A stretch of DNA of 64,000 nt from Capsulimonadaceae bacterium (GTDB taxonomy: Bacteria > Armatimonadota > Armatimonadia > Armatimonadales > Capsulimonadaceae): assembly GCA_965215505.1 (NCBI GenBank), contig OZ244065.1, positions 2,304,001 to 2,368,000 of the forward strand, read 5' to 3'. Position 1 is the first letter of the stretch. Every line of letters begins with the position of its first letter. Below, in pieces: positions 46,686 through 56,356 of the stretch. A model generated the notes under the pieces. That model saw only the letters and a program-made list of their open reading frames with translations, made no database searches and was not told where the DNA came from. The translations under genes were made by a program, and so were the position numbers.

Positions 46686-48491
46686 TTACTTGAAGGAGGG
46701 CAGGATCACGCCCTTCATGATCACGTTCTGGGCGAGCAGGAAGGCGAACAGTGTCGGCACGGCGGCCAGGGTCAGGGCGGCCATCATTACATACATGGGT
46801 GCGCCGCTCGATTGTAGTTCATAGAGCCAGACCATCAGCGTCCACATGTTATGGTCCTGACAGATCGTCATGGCGTACAGGAAGCCGCCGTAGGCCGTCG
46901 TGAAGGCGATGAAGCTGATGTAGGCGAAGATCGGGCGGCTCAGGGGCAGCGTGATGGTCCAAAACATCCGTAGCTCGGTGGCCCCGTCAATCGTCCCCGC
47001 CTCGTACAGCTCGCGCGGCAGGCTGTCGAAAAAGCCCTTCATCAGAAAGATCGAGTAGCCGCTTGCCGCGCCGGGCAGGATCAGGGCGGCATAGGTGTTG
47101 AGCAGGCTGAACTGCTTCAACAGCAGGAAGTTCTGAATCAGCGAAATCTCGCCGGGGAACGACATCGTCGCCAGCAGGAACAGCAGCACGGCGTTCCCGT
47201 AGGAGAGATTATACCGCGAAAGGGCGTAAGCGCAGAGCGGGTTGACGAGCAGCGTGGACAGGATCGCCAGTAGGCAGAATATGACCGTCACCCAAACGGC
47301 CCGCCCGTGCAGCAGGACGTATTGGATGACGAGGCTGTAGTTGCGCGCCACATAGTCCCGCCGCAATGCGCCCGTGTGGGCCTGGACGTAGGCCCAGTCG
47401 GAGGCCTGGACGGGCAAGAACTGGCCCGCGCCCGCCTGCGCCCGCCAGCGGGTTTCGGGCGTGTCGGCGGACAAGGCGGCGAGCGGGGCGACTTTCAGGA
47501 AGTCTATCCAGTCCAGCAGCGGCGGCCCCTGGGCGGGCAGGCCCTCGGGGTCCGGCAGTGGCAATGCCTCAAAAGAAGCCGCCGACGCTCGGTGCTTCCG
47601 GTCGTAATCGGCGATGCTGCCCTTGTAGCGCGTCCGCAGGAAGGCCCGGTAGGCGGGCGCGGCGGACGGGTCTACGACGATGTCCCGGAACGGCAGCTTG
47701 GTGCGGACGAACGTCTCCCAACCCTTGCGCTCCCCCGCGCTGCCCTCGGGCCGGGCCGTGAGCGCGAGCGCCGCGTAGGTTTTGGCCCCTGTCCCCCACG
47801 CCTTGTTGAGCGCACCCAGGTTCGGGTAGGCCTCCTCTTTGAGCCACTTCTGGTACAGCGGGTCCGCGCCGATGACGGTGAAATAGTTCAGGGGCAGGGT
47901 CGCCTCGAACGCCTTCCAGTCCTGGTACTTGACACCATTGTCCGGGGTCCAGTTGTGCTTGGCGGGCTGCTCGAACGGGGGGAAGACGGTCAGGAAGTCC
48001 TCGTCCTCCTGGGCATAGGCCCGGTCCAGGGCGCGGACATCGCCGTGAAAATGGTCGCGCAGGAACTGGTGGTAGCGGTCCAGCAGCGGGCTGGGGCTGA
48101 AGGCCGCCGCCGCGCCGCCGAAGCCCGCCGCCTTGTAGCGGGCCGGCAGAGCGGCGGCGAATCGGTCCCACTGCTCCACGCCGGACGTATCGGGCGGCAG
48201 CACGACGTTTTGCAGGCCGGCATAATCGGTCCCATACGTCGCATTGATCTGGACGAGGTCGCCTCGGTACTTGTCCTCGGCATACTTTCCGAACAGGGCG
48301 CTGTCCGAGTGCAGGTAGCGGGGGATCAGTTCATAAGTCGTCTTCTCATACTGCGACTCAACGGACGCACCGAGCATGACGAGGAAGGGGTAGACCATCG
48401 TGACCGCGCCCAGGCTCAGTACCAGATAGAGTGCGCCGATCAGCGCGCGCATTTTCAGTGTCTTGCGACCGACAACCGGAATCAGGGCCAT
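46686..48491 (-). CDS. Carbohydrate ABC transporter permease (MalG-like) with large extracytoplasmic insert
   Basis: YPF, AYALSR, EAA motif LPRELYEAGTIDGA, LPLSRP. Confidence 0.9.
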   Translation of the reverse strand: MALIPVVGRKTLKMRALIGALYLVLSLGAVTMVYPFLVMLGASVESQYEKTTYELIPRYLHSDSALFGKYAEDKYRGDLVQINATYGTDYAGLQNVVLPPDTSGVEQWDRFAAALPARYKAAGFGGAAAAFSPSPLLDRYHQFLRDHFHGDVRALDRAYAQEDEDFLTVFPPFEQPAKHNWTPDNGVKYQDWKAFEATLPLNYFTVIGADPLYQKWLKEEAYPNLGALNKAWGTGAKTYAALALTARPEGSAGERKGWETFVRTKLPFRDIVVDPSAAPAYRAFLRTRYKGSIADYDRKHRASAASFEALPLPDPEGLPAQGPPLLDWIDFLKVAPLAALSADTPETRWRAQAGAGQFLPVQASDWAYVQAHTGALRRDYVARNYSLVIQYVLLHGRAVWVTVIFCLLAILSTLLVNPLCAYALSRYNLSYGNAVLLFLLATMSFPGEISLIQNFLLLKQFSLLNTYAALILPGAASGYSIFLMKGFFDSLPRELYEAGTIDGATELRMFWTITLPLSRPIFAYISFIAFTTAYGGFLYAMTICQDHNMWTLMVWLYELQSSGAPMYVMMAALTLAAVPTLFAFLLAQNVIMKGVILPSFK

Positions 48492-48497
48492 AGGCTC

Positions 48498-48526
48498 ATT
48501 ATAACGTCAAGCCGCCCGGATTGCAA
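48498..48526 (-). promoter_or_regulatory. Sigma70 promoter giving a leaderless mRNA
   Basis: TTGCAA-N17-TATAAT-N6-ATG(48491). Confidence 0.8.
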
Positions 48527-48545
48527 GGGCAGGACAGCATCAGGC

Positions 48546-49355
48546 CTACGGCCACCACGCCCGGTACAGCACGAAGCGCGAACTCAGGGCCTCAACACCG
48601 CCCGCTTTCGGGAATGTCCGGGCGGCGTGGCGGCGCGTTTCATTCATCAGCTCCTCATGTACCGCGTCTGGAATGCCCCACATCTGCGAGTAGGCCCGGC
48701 CCTCCAGCGCCTCCAGGGTGTCCGCCGTCGGCGCGTGGCGCTTCCAGGCGAGTTGCGGCGTTTCCATCAGCGCCACCCGGCCCCCCAGGCCGCCCGACCG
48801 CTCCGTGCGACGCAGGTAGGCCAGGGCGGGGGCCATGCCGCTGCCCAGGCTGACCCCCAGGACGTTCCGGGCGCGCGCCCGCTCGTAGTAGAAGTCCACC
48901 AGGAGGGACCGTCCGCCCTGCTCGACACCGAGGAAGAGGCCGGGGGCACGCGGGGCCAGGAGCCGGCGCATCTCGTGAAGGACGAGCCGCCACTGCTCGA
49001 TGAGCTGGAGGATGTGGACCAGCAGGATGCCCTCGAAAGCGCCGCGCCGGAAGGGGAGGCGCTGCAAGTCGGCCTGCACGAGCGGCAGGCTGCCGGGCGT
49101 CGCCTTCGCCCCGATCCGCTCCATCATGGCGGGCGCGATGTCGGTCCCGACGACCTGCCCCGGATGGCGACGCGCGAGCGGGGCGGCGAACCGCCCAGTC
49201 CCGACCCCGGCGTCCAGGAACAGCCCGCCGCGCTCCAGGCAGCACTCGCGCGAGAGGATGCGGGCGACTTCCTCCAGATGGGCGTCGGGGATGACGCGCG
49301 TCCGGTCGTACTCCCCGGCCACGGTGTCGAAGGAGAGATAACGGCCCGGCGTCAT
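48546..49355 (-). CDS. Class I SAM-dependent methyltransferase
   Basis: FLDAGVGTGR, VVGTDIAPAM, ADLQRLPF. Confidence 0.9.
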   Translation of the reverse strand: MTPGRYLSFDTVAGEYDRTRVIPDAHLEEVARILSRECCLERGGLFLDAGVGTGRFAAPLARRHPGQVVGTDIAPAMMERIGAKATPGSLPLVQADLQRLPFRRGAFEGILLVHILQLIEQWRLVLHEMRRLLAPRAPGLFLGVEQGGRSLLVDFYYERARARNVLGVSLGSGMAPALAYLRRTERSGGLGGRVALMETPQLAWKRHAPTADTLEALEGRAYSQMWGIPDAVHEELMNETRRHAARTFPKAGGVEALSSRFVLYRAWWP

Positions 49356-50008
49356 GGGCGGGCCTTCGGCGTGCTGATAGTGGGCGCGACGACGTACAGC
49401 GGGACCAGGCCGAGCGGGTCATCCGTGTCACCCGACGCCAGCCGTCGGGCGGCGATACGCGCCAGACCCTCGGGCGGCGTCCAGGGCTGTGCGAGCGACC
49501 GCCCCGCCCAGTCTGGCAGCAGGTGCGGTGCCCCGCACACGATGACGCCGGCCATCTCGCCAAGCCGCCCGGCCAGCGCCTCGATTGGGGCCGCAAACGG
49601 CTCCTCCACGGTCTGGCCGCTCCAGTAGACGGCGGCATAGACCTCGCCGCGCCGGGACGGCAGAACCGGCACGACAGAAGCGTCGCCAGATGTCATCCAG
49701 ACGGCGGCATAGGCGTCCAGTGTGCCAATACCGACCAGAGGCTTCCCCGTCACCTGTGCCAGCGTCTTGGCCGTCGTGACGCCGACCCGGACGCCCGTAA
49801 AGGAACCCGGCCCCAAGCCGACAGCGAAGGCCGTCAGGTCCGGTAGCGTCAGCCCATTGCGCGTCAGCAGGCTGTCCAGCTCCCCCATCAGCCGCCGCGA
49901 AAGGGTGCGGCGGCCCTCAAAGACGGTGACTGCCTTGACTGTGCCGTCGTCTTCCGCCAACGCCAGTACGCACATCTCGCCGCTCGTGTCAAACGCGAGG
50001 AAAGTCAC
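49352..50008 (-). CDS. tsaB: t6A biosynthesis protein TsaB
   Basis: LAFDTS, GPGSFTGVRVG, SRRGEVY, PLY. Confidence 0.93.
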   Translation of the reverse strand: MTFLAFDTSGEMCVLALAEDDGTVKAVTVFEGRRTLSRRLMGELDSLLTRNGLTLPDLTAFAVGLGPGSFTGVRVGVTTAKTLAQVTGKPLVGIGTLDAYAAVWMTSGDASVVPVLPSRRGEVYAAVYWSGQTVEEPFAAPIEALAGRLGEMAGVIVCGAPHLLPDWAGRSLAQPWTPPEGLARIAARRLASGDTDDPLGLVPLYVVAPTISTPKARP

Positions 50009-50718
50009 AGTGTCCCGCCTTCCAGCCAGTTGCTCCAGTGCGTGTTCGGCGGCAGTGTCGGCTTGTAGCGCATTGGGTCGCCGGAAACGAAAACGTCAGC
50101 AATCATCTGGAAAGCCTCGTTTCCGCTCGGCAGTTCGTCTTCAACAACATCGGGATGATGCCATTCGTCCAAGCGAAGCACGAGGGGCAAGTCGAAAGGC
50201 AGCCTCTGCCTGAGTTCTTCCTCAGTCGCGAGCAGCAGCGCGTGGTGTTCAGGGAGAAGGCTTCTAACCAGTTCGGTGATGGTAACACCGCCACTGTCCC
50301 AGGTGTCTTCCCCTATGCCTTTTTCCAGAAGATGCTTCATGGAAACGTCGTAAGCAATAGTTTTGCCGCGAACACGAAGAGACCCTTTCTCTTGCTGAAC
50401 GTCCCAGCGGTCTTCCTCGTCGAAGATGGGATTGTTGAGAGGGTCGTCCAAAACAGCGACGATCCCGTCGTCGGCAAGACCAGCAGGATGAGCGAAACAA
50501 TTGCCATAGCAATGCAGGGCGTTGTAGACGCCACTCGCTCTGAAGTTAGAGCCAAGGGTTTCGATAATCAAGGCCCAGTATGCCTCGGTCCTGTATGCGC
50601 TCAGACGTACATCCGCCAAATATACATAGCCATTATCAAGCATCGGGAATGTGAAGTCGGGGCAACACGCATCAAGTTGGCTGAGGATTTCGCCTTGCGT
50701 GTACGCAGTTTGACTCAT
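50005..50718 (-). CDS. Hypothetical protein (resembles DUF7003-type proteins), lower GC
   Basis: FTFPMLDNGYVY, LRLDEWHHPD, PNTHWSNW; 4-bp overlaps with tsaE and tsaB. Confidence 0.7.
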   Translation of the reverse strand: MSQTAYTQGEILSQLDACCPDFTFPMLDNGYVYLADVRLSAYRTEAYWALIIETLGSNFRASGVYNALHCYGNCFAHPAGLADDGIVAVLDDPLNNPIFDEEDRWDVQQEKGSLRVRGKTIAYDVSMKHLLEKGIGEDTWDSGGVTITELVRSLLPEHHALLLATEEELRQRLPFDLPLVLRLDEWHHPDVVEDELPSGNEAFQMIADVFVSGDPMRYKPTLPPNTHWSNWLEGGTL

Positions 50719-51188
50719 GATGACCCTCGAAGCGAGGACAAGACTTCTTCGAGCCATGCCCCGTGCGCCGTCATCACGATGCGCCGCCTGTCCGGCCCTT
50801 CCACCGTCAAGGCAATGTCTATCCGGTCGGGCGGCAGGGCATCGGCGATCAGGTCGGCCCACTCGATGACGACTACGCCCTCGCCGCTCAGGTATTCGTC
50901 GAACGCTAAATCGTACAGACCGGACGAGTCGGGCAGGCGGTAGACGTCGAAGTGGTACAGGGGGACGCGCCCGCCGGGGTGTTCGGCCAGCAATGTGAAG
51001 GTGGGGGAGTTGACCGGCTCCTCCGGGGGCAGGCCGAGGCCCAGCGCCAGGCCCTGCGTCCAGGTCGTCTTGCCCGCGCCCAGGTCGCCGATGAGGCAGA
51101 GAACATCGCCCGGCCGGAGCAGGGAGCCGAGGGCGGCGGCCAGGGCGCGGGTTTCGTCCGCACTGTTCGTTTCAAAGGCGCGCGTCAT
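50715..51188 (-). CDS. tsaE: t6A ATPase TsaE
   Basis: GDLGAGKT, SPTF, HFDVYRL, IEW. Confidence 0.95.
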   Translation of the reverse strand: MTRAFETNSADETRALAAALGSLLRPGDVLCLIGDLGAGKTTWTQGLALGLGLPPEEPVNSPTFTLLAEHPGGRVPLYHFDVYRLPDSSGLYDLAFDEYLSGEGVVVIEWADLIADALPPDRIDIALTVEGPDRRRIVMTAHGAWLEEVLSSLRGSS

Positions 51189-51198
51189 AAGGAGTCAA

Positions 51199-52203
51199 TC
51201 ATGGGGCGAAGTGGTCCCAGCCGCGCCGCTGCGTCGGCATCTCCTCGCCGCCGGGGCCGAGGATGTGGAAGCCCGCACGGAGGACTTCCCCGATGGGGGT
51301 CAGGACGGTCCCGGCGACGGCGGCCTGGACGGCCTCCACGTCGCCCGGCGCGACGGCCAGCAGGAGTTCGCAGCACTCGCCGCCGTCGAGGGCCATGTCG
51401 AGCGGGGACTGGCCGAGTTCTTTGGCTACGGCCTGCACCGCCTCGGAGAGCGGCAGGGCGGCGGCGTTGATCCTCGCGCCCACGCCCGAGGCCGCGCAGA
51501 GCTTGGGCAGGTCGCCCGCCAGGCCGTCGCTGATGTCCATGGCGGCGTGGATACAGCCGGTCATGCGGGCGGCCCGCCCGGCGACGATCCGGGGCTGCGG
51601 GCGTCGGTGGGACTGGACCGCGTCGTGGCTGACCTTCTCGGCCTGCGCCGCACCGCACTGCATGAGCAGGGCGAGGCCGGCGGCGGAGTCGCCCAAAGTC
51701 CCCGTGGTCAACAGGGTGTCGCCGACCTTCGCACCCGTGCGGGTCAGAGCCGCCCCGCGCGGGACGGTCCCGAGCTGCGTGACGCTGATGACAAGCCCCG
51801 TTCCGGCCGAGTTCGTGTCGCCGCCCGCCAGACGCGAACCGTAGCGGTTGAGGCAGTCGCACAGCCCGTCATAAAGCCGCTCCAGCCACTCGACCGTTTC
51901 TCCCGCAGGCAGGGCCAGTGAGACGAAGGTGAAGGTCGGGTCCGCCCCCATCGCCGCGATGTCCGAGAGGTTGACGGCGGCGGCCTTCCACCCGATCGAA
52001 TAGGGGTCGCTCCAGTCTCGGCGGAAGTGGACCCCTTCGACCAAGGCGTCGGTCGTGACGACGACCTGCCGGTCAGCGGGGACATCCAGCACGGCGGCGT
52101 CGTCACCGATGGGCACGGCGAGGCTATCCGCCTTCGCCCCCGCGAAGGTGGCGCGGATGTGGTCAATGAAGCCGAACTCGCCGCCGATGTCGGAGATTCG
52201 CAT
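51199..52203 (-). CDS. thiL: Thiamine-phosphate kinase
   Basis: GEFGFI, IGDDAA, NLSDIAAMG, GGDT, MDISDGL. Confidence 0.95.
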   Translation of the reverse strand: MRISDIGGEFGFIDHIRATFAGAKADSLAVPIGDDAAVLDVPADRQVVVTTDALVEGVHFRRDWSDPYSIGWKAAAVNLSDIAAMGADPTFTFVSLALPAGETVEWLERLYDGLCDCLNRYGSRLAGGDTNSAGTGLVISVTQLGTVPRGAALTRTGAKVGDTLLTTGTLGDSAAGLALLMQCGAAQAEKVSHDAVQSHRRPQPRIVAGRAARMTGCIHAAMDISDGLAGDLPKLCAASGVGARINAAALPLSEAVQAVAKELGQSPLDMALDGGECCELLLAVAPGDVEAVQAAVAGTVLTPIGEVLRAGFHILGPGGEEMPTQRRGWDHFAP

Positions 52204-52211
52204 GGGATGAC

Positions 52212-53177
52212 CTAACCGCCCCAGTTCCACATGATCGGGTTGTTGTCCAGCCGGTCGGTGACGGTGCGGCCCACCTCGTCGATCATCTCCAGGTCGTCCT
52301 CGTCTATCTCCACGTCGCCCGCGACCGCGTTCTGGGTCGCCTGCTCGGCGTTACGCGCGCCGACGATGGCCGAGGTCATCGGCTGGGCGATGAGCCAGCC
52401 CAGCGACAACTGCCCAACCGTCACGCCGTACTTGTCGGCGAGGGGCCGCAGCCTGTCCAGCGCGTTCAGGGCGCGGTCGTAGTTCTCGCCCTGGAACAGC
52501 TTGTTCCCCGCCCGATTGTCGCCCTCTTCAAACTTGTGGCCGCGCCCAAACTTGCCGGTCAGAAGCCCCTGCGCCAGCGGCGAGTAGGCGATGATGGAGA
52601 TCTTGTTGTCGATGCAGTATGGCGCGGCGTCCGCCTCGACCTGCCGCCAGAACAGCGAGTAGGGAGGCTGGATGCTGTCCACGCGCCCCACGGCGGCGGC
52701 CTCTTCGAGCTGGGCGCGGCTGAAGTTCGAAACGCCGATGGCCCGAATCTTGCCCTGCTGCTTCAGTTCATTCAGCGCCCCCATCGTCTCCCCGATGGGC
52801 ACGACGTCCGAGCCGAACGACCCCGACGGCCAGTGGATCTGGTACAGGTCTATCCGGTCCGTCCCCAGGTTCTTCAAAGACCGCTCGCAGGCTTCGATCA
52901 CCTGGTCGTGCTTGAGGTGGTCGGCGAAGACCTTGGTGGCGATGACGATCTGGTCGCGCTTGTCGCCGAGCGCCTGTGCCAAAATCCGCTCGCTGTAGCC
53001 CTCGCCGTAGGCCTCGGCGGTGTCGAAGGTCGTGATACCGCTGTCGAAGGCGGCCCGGTGGGCGGCGACCGTGTCGTCGTCATTGATGCTGGTCCAGCCG
53101 GACTTGCCGGCCTGCCACCCGCCGAAGATGATCGCGCTCATTTCGATCTTGGTCCGCCCGAGCTGTCGGTGCTGCAT
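52212..53177 (-). CDS. Aldo/keto reductase
   Basis: FDTAEAYG, IDLYQIHWP, GKIRAIGVSNF, YSPLAQGLLTGK. Confidence 0.93.
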   Translation of the reverse strand: MQHRQLGRTKIEMSAIIFGGWQAGKSGWTSINDDDTVAAHRAAFDSGITTFDTAEAYGEGYSERILAQALGDKRDQIVIATKVFADHLKHDQVIEACERSLKNLGTDRIDLYQIHWPSGSFGSDVVPIGETMGALNELKQQGKIRAIGVSNFSRAQLEEAAAVGRVDSIQPPYSLFWRQVEADAAPYCIDNKISIIAYSPLAQGLLTGKFGRGHKFEEGDNRAGNKLFQGENYDRALNALDRLRPLADKYGVTVGQLSLGWLIAQPMTSAIVGARNAEQATQNAVAGDVEIDEDDLEMIDEVGRTVTDRLDNNPIMWNWGG

Positions 53178-53524
53178 GTGAAAAGTCCCTTTCGGACAAA
53201 AAGTGTGTGGAGTGTCTTGGTGTGAAGTGTCTTGCGGCTATTATGCCCTATTTGGAGAGCAAATGAAAAGAGGAGGCAAAGAAAAGCCGCGCGCCTGACT
53301 GCGGGGAGCCTTCAACGTCATGCCGTATGCGCGCCATGACGGGTTTGAGAGCGCCATCGTCTCTTCACAACTTCTTCACAATTCTCCTATACAGTGCCAT
53401 TGTAACAATCCGCAAGGAGTGGTCTGTAGCCTCAGTCATGCCTCACGGGCGACTGTCTCTTATGAGGAAGTTCAGGTTTTCGATGCCGCCGATGCAGCGA
53501 AGTTTTCGGTCAAAGGAGAGGAAA

Positions 53525-54961
53525 ATGAAAGCGCGCACTCAATCTTTAGGCTTCCTGGCAACTACCGGCGCCCTTGTCGGCGTCTTTTCAGTAGCATCTC
53601 TAGGAGGCCCGCCGCCGGGTGGTCGTTATGTGTCAGTCGCCCAGGACCCCGGCATTCGGGGCGGGGCGGCAGGCGCGGGAGGCACATTCCCCGTTCTCGA
53701 CGCCGCAAGTCCGGCACGGAATGCGGCAGATAAAGCGTTCTTTCAGGCCGCAGCACTCCGCTTCCGGGAAGCCGATTCCGTTTCCGGAACGATGCCGGAG
53801 GAATTAGGGATCGGCCTGGGGCCACGCTTCAATGGCAATAGCTGTGCCCAATGTCATGCATTCCCGGCCATCGGCGGGACAAGCCCCCTCGTGAATCCCT
53901 TGGTCGCCGGTGACTTTGCCCATCTGGACGGTGCCGCGAACCCTGTCAACCTTTCCGGGATACTGAGCCTCCACGGACCGATCCGCGAGGTCCGGCGGAT
54001 CACCGATCCGGCCACGGGGATGCCCGACGGCAGCGTCGCCGACCTCTTCACGATCCGGGGCCGGTCGGACGCGCCGGGGGCCACGGCCGCGCAGATGGAT
54101 TTCCCCAGGCAGCTCGCGAGCAACAACCTCAGCTTCCGCATCCCGACGCCCCTCTTCGGCCTCGGCCTGGTCGAGTCCACCTCGGACGCGGCGCTGCGGG
54201 CGAACCTCAGCGCCACCGCAGCACAGAGGGCCGCCCTGGGCATCGGCGGCCGGTTTAACTACAACGGCAATAACCAGACGATCACGCGGTTCGGCTGGAA
54301 GGCCAAGAATCAGTCGCTGCTCATGTTCGCCGGCGAAGCCTACAGCGTCGAGCAAGGCGTCAGCAACGAACTCTTCCAGAGCGAGCGCTTCACGCCCACC
54401 GAGGACCCCACGGTCATCGCGGACAGCACGTTCAACGGAGCCGGCGAGGACTGTACAAACGTCTCGGTAGGCAATGCGACCACCGGCACCGCGTCGGACA
54501 TGTCCTCGGACATCGTCAACTTCGCCGCCTTCATCCGGCTGCTCGCCCCGCCGGCCTCCACGACAACCACGTCCTCTCAGCTCGTGGGCAGTCGTCTGTT
54601 CGCCCAGGTCGGCTGCCAATGCTGCCACTCGCCCAGCCTGACGACGGCGAAGGCGTCCTTCCCGGCGCTGTCGGACGTGACGTACCACCCCTACTCGGAC
54701 TTCATGATCCATCACATGGGGTCCGGCCTGGCCGACGGGGTTTCCCAGGGGGAGGCCGGGCCAGATGAGTTCCGCACGGTACCGCTGTGGGGCGTCGGCC
54801 AGCGGACGTTCTTCCTGCATGACGGAAGGACCGATGACATCATTCAGGCGATCCAGGCCCACGCGGGTAACGGTTCGGAAGCCAACGGCGTCATTCGCGG
54901 CTTCGACCGGCTTCCCGCGGGTCAGCAACAGGACATGGTCAACTTCCTGCGCTCACTCTGA
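53525..54961 (+). CDS. Di-haem oxidoreductase (DHOR)-family exported protein
   Basis: GLGPRFN, CAQCH and CQCCH haem motifs, RFGWKA, FRTVPLWG, LHDGR; AAGGAG RBS. Confidence 0.88.
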   Translation: MKARTQSLGFLATTGALVGVFSVASLGGPPPGGRYVSVAQDPGIRGGAAGAGGTFPVLDAASPARNAADKAFFQAAALRFREADSVSGTMPEELGIGLGPRFNGNSCAQCHAFPAIGGTSPLVNPLVAGDFAHLDGAANPVNLSGILSLHGPIREVRRITDPATGMPDGSVADLFTIRGRSDAPGATAAQMDFPRQLASNNLSFRIPTPLFGLGLVESTSDAALRANLSATAAQRAALGIGGRFNYNGNNQTITRFGWKAKNQSLLMFAGEAYSVEQGVSNELFQSERFTPTEDPTVIADSTFNGAGEDCTNVSVGNATTGTASDMSSDIVNFAAFIRLLAPPASTTTTSSQLVGSRLFAQVGCQCCHSPSLTTAKASFPALSDVTYHPYSDFMIHHMGSGLADGVSQGEAGPDEFRTVPLWGVGQRTFFLHDGRTDDIIQAIQAHAGNGSEANGVIRGFDRLPAGQQQDMVNFLRSL

Positions 54962-54992
54962 CCGCAGAACTGACCGGCCGGCCACGGCCAAC

Positions 54993-55024
54993 AAAAAGGC
55001 CCGGCGCTTTCGCGCCGGGCCTTT
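54993..55024. terminator. Bidirectional terminator
   Basis: AAAAAGGCCCGGCGC-tttc-GCGCCGGGCCTTT. Confidence 0.85.
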
Positions 55025-55035
55025 CCGTCAACCGT

Positions 55036-56346
55036 CTACTCCATCAGGGACAGCGGGTTTTGCAGGAGCCGCTTCAGCTCTTGCAGGAACTTCGCGCCGG
55101 TCGCCCCGTCCATGACCCGGTGGTCGCCGCTGAAGGTCAGGTTCATGCGCGGGCGGGCGGCGAGGGTGCCGTCGCCCAGCACGACGGCCTTTTGGGTGAT
55201 GCTGGAGACGGCCAGGATCGCGCCCTGGGCCGGGTCAATGATGGCGGTGAAGCTCTCCACGTCGAACGGGCCGAGGTTGGAAACGGTGAAGGTGCCGCCG
55301 CTGTACTCGGAGGGCTGGAGTTTCTTGTCGCGGGCCTTCTTGACCAGCGACTTGCTTGCCTCGGCCAGCTTGCGGAGGGGGAGCGTGTCGGCGTCGCGGA
55401 TGACCGGCACGATCAGGCCGTCGTCGAGGGCGACGGCGACGCCGACGTGGAAGCCCGCGCCGGGGTAGACCTTGTCGTCCTTAAAGGCGGCATTGACGGC
55501 GGGGAACTTGACGAGCGCCTTGGCGGTGGCCTTGACGATCATGTCGTTGAGTGTGATCTTGGTCAAGGTCTCATCATAGGCGTTCAGCCGCTCGCGCAGG
55601 GCCATCGCCTCGGCCATGTCCACTTCCGAGGTGATGTAGAAGTGCGGGATGGTGGTCTTGCTCTCCACCATGCGCCGCGCGATGACCTTCCGCATGGCGG
55701 ACAGCTCAGTCGGGACGGTGAGCGGCGCGGGGGTCGTGTCCGCCCGCTTCTGCGGCGCGGCGGGCGTCGCTTGCGAGGGCGGCAGGTCGGCCTGCACGGC
55801 GGTCGAGGGGGCGGCGGTCATCGGCTGGGCCGGGGCGGCAGGCGCGCTTTCGGCGAAGGCCAGCACGTCCGCCTCGATGATGCGGCCCGACGGCCCGGTG
55901 CCTTTGATCTGGGCGATGTCCAGGCCGCGCTGCCGCGCGACGGAGCGGGCGAGCGGCGAGGCTTTCAGCCGGGCGGTGCCGTTCGTCGAGGTGCCGTTCG
56001 TCCCGTGCGCGGACGCCGGGGCGGCGGTTTCGCGTACCACGCTCGGCGAGCGGCTGGGGGCGGCGTCAACCGGACAGGAAGGCGCGACGGCCTCGGCGGG
56101 AGCGGCCTTGGGCGCATCCTCGCCGATCATGGCGATGGCCTTGCCGACGGCGACGACCGCGCCGGGCTGGGCCTGGATGTGCAGCACGCCCGCGTCTTCG
56201 GCCTCGATCTCCACGTTGCTCTTGTCCGTCTCGATCTCGGCGATCACGTCACCGACCGACACCGCCTGGCCGTCCTGCTTCAGCCACTGAATCAGGGTGC
56301 CCTCTTCCATCGCGTCGCCCATCTTGGGCATGATCACTTCTGGCAT
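55036..56346 (-). CDS. pdhC: Pyruvate dehydrogenase E2 (dihydrolipoamide acetyltransferase)
   Basis: Lipoyl ETDK, ASPLAR...GTGPSGRI, TIPHFY, DHRVMDG. Confidence 0.93.
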   Translation of the reverse strand: MPEVIMPKMGDAMEEGTLIQWLKQDGQAVSVGDVIAEIETDKSNVEIEAEDAGVLHIQAQPGAVVAVGKAIAMIGEDAPKAAPAEAVAPSCPVDAAPSRSPSVVRETAAPASAHGTNGTSTNGTARLKASPLARSVARQRGLDIAQIKGTGPSGRIIEADVLAFAESAPAAPAQPMTAAPSTAVQADLPPSQATPAAPQKRADTTPAPLTVPTELSAMRKVIARRMVESKTTIPHFYITSEVDMAEAMALRERLNAYDETLTKITLNDMIVKATAKALVKFPAVNAAFKDDKVYPGAGFHVGVAVALDDGLIVPVIRDADTLPLRKLAEASKSLVKKARDKKLQPSEYSGGTFTVSNLGPFDVESFTAIIDPAQGAILAVSSITQKAVVLGDGTLAARPRMNLTFSGDHRVMDGATGAKFLQELKRLLQNPLSLME

Positions 56347-56356
56347 AAGTTGTTTC

